DNA from: Glycera tridactyla
Taxonomy: Eukaryota
Assembly (NCBI GenBank): GCA_965644265.1
Contig: OZ286472.1
Coordinates: forward strand, 30,752,001 to 30,816,000
Direction of reading: 5' to 3'
Length of the DNA: 64,000 nucleotides
In this document: piece by piece, positions 62,477-64,000 of the stretch
Layout of the letters: every line of letters begins with the position of its first letter
Position numbering within the stretch: position 1 is the first letter of the stretch
The notes under the pieces: model-generated
Seen by the model: the letters and a program-made list of their open reading frames with translations, nothing else
Databases searched by the model: none
What the model was told of the DNA's origin: nothing
Position numbers and translations under genes: made by a program

Positions 62477-63096
62477 TTATCCCATTACAGAAGTCTCTGG
62501 TCCAACATGGACTTGACGTCCACAGCATAGTAGCGCCTTCATGGGCTGGCGGAAGGCTCGCATTCGCAAAGCATAAATAATCGGATTAGCAGCAGAATTC
62601 AATGCTATAAGAATCTGTGCAATCTTGTGTATCGCCTCATTGAAATGAATACAATCACATTGTGCAAAGAGAAGGAGGAGAGCCATCCAGATCCAGGAGA
62701 CAACAAAGATCAAAACAATCAGTAGATATGTGCGCATTGCGCGAAGATTGATTTTGTATCGCTGGATGCTACCAGCAAGGTTGGCACCTTGTTCAATTTC
62801 CAGCCGCTCTTGCTGCCTTCTTGCCACCTTTATGATGCCGATATAGAGCAGTAGAATGAGGGTTACACACACAATGAAATAGCTGGCAACCCAGCGGAGA
62901 TAGGCTGCAGGCATCACCAGATAAAGTTCACAGCCTTGGTTTGGTCTCCAGTTGATTGGGCCGACAGCACAGGGAAGGGCCAGGAGGAAGCTGTACAGCC
63001 AGATTCCAGCAGAACATATGTGAAGACGCCGAGCTGTTACCCATGCGTTGTAATGAAGAGGCTTGAAAATACCGATACTGCGATCCAATCCGATCA
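62477..63096 (-). CDS. Rhodopsin-like class A GPCR, terminal exon (end of TM3 to C-terminus); earlier exons not found in window
   Basis: TTTTCACAG acceptor; IGLDRSIGIFKPLHY, TM4 Trp, ECL2 Cys, TM5 Tyr, FVVSWIW, NSAANPIIY, FR helix 8, CC. Confidence 0.9.
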
Positions 63097-63550
63097 CTGT
63101 GAAAACATAGAAATAAATAAAATGTATGACCATTGATATGATATTGTGATGTACCTGCCGGAGCGAAACTGGCAAATGCACCCATACGTGTACATACACG
63201 TACAAGCATATACACACACTGAAGAGACTCGAAGTAACCAATACTTCATGCTTTCCAATCTGATCACTGTGGAAAAAAAATCAAAGGTATGGCAATCTAT
63301 ATGATGATTTTATATACTTGTCTGAGGGAAACAGGCTAGGCAAATGCGCACATACGTGTACACATGCGTGCACGCATATACACGCACGAGGCTTGAAATG
63401 ACATATACTGCGTTCCAATTCGATCAACGCGGGGTAAAAAAAACAAAGGCATGACCTTCCATAAGATATTGTGGTAAACCTGCCCGGGGAAACACTGGCA
63501 TGGTGAAGGGGCACATACCTGTATACACGCGTGCACGCATACGGCACACT
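63058..63550. repeat. Tandem triplication (~165 bp) of the GPCR intron/exon boundary
   Basis: CCAAT.(C/T)GATCA.. and GGCA....GC.CATAC.TGTA.A recur three times; copy 3 encodes LIELERSICHFKP, matching VIGLDRSIGIFKP. Confidence 0.8.
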
Positions 63551-63955
63551 GACATATTTTTTTTTCAATCAATGGGCAACAGGTCCAAGGAATGTGTTAT
63601 GCAGATACGTATATACATGTACACAGATCAGCGCAAACGCAGGTACACATATGCACAGGTAATTACATTGAACGGCATTCATCATATAGCCTTTGTCCGA
63701 AAACCTGGAGCTCGATTGCTCTCAGTTCATTCTTGAAAGTATTGATGTGTGTGATTTCTTTCAGATCGTCAGATTGTTTTGTGTCACAATCAACTATGCC
63801 CTGTATGGTAGATTACACACTCCCATATTTGTTTTCTACACACTCTGACGTGTATGATGTAATGCTGCCTCGTATAGTTTCACCAAATTTGGAAATTGAA
63901 CAGGATGTTTCTTGAGTGTACATTAATGTATTTCAGGCATATTTCTTATGTCTCT

Positions 63956-63957
<2 letters not shown>

Positions 63958-64000
<43 letters not shown>
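63958..64000. repeat. (AT)n microsatellite (another at 16117-16148)
   Basis: Direct observation. Confidence 0.95.

Overview
Animal (probably marine invertebrate) draft-assembly DNA: AT-rich, many N gaps, dense in microsatellites and transposon debris; no prokaryotic features. Four spliced protein-coding genes are supported, all on the minus strand. (1) The large first coding exon of a long-isoform TSC22/bunched-family gene (1908-3535); its TSC-box exons lie beyond the left edge. (2) A multi-exon type I membrane protein with signal peptide, one truncated plus two full LDLa repeats, a TM helix and a tail with amplified PPxY motifs (LDLRAD3-like architecture; 18557-32708). (3) A complete four-exon gustatory-receptor-like (GRL/7TMIC) gene with the TYxxxxxQF motif, three phase-0 3' introns and an in-frame duplication of its N-terminal helix (45830-50066). 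(4) The terminal exon of a class A GPCR whose splice-acceptor region is triplicated (62477-63096). The rest is CR1/L2-group and zinc-knuckle LINE fragments, many TA-flanked CAGT..ACTG MITEs, hAT-like elements, minisatellites, and several orphan decayed coding fragments present in duplicate. Gene models were built by hand from splice signals and phase compatibility; no database searches were run.
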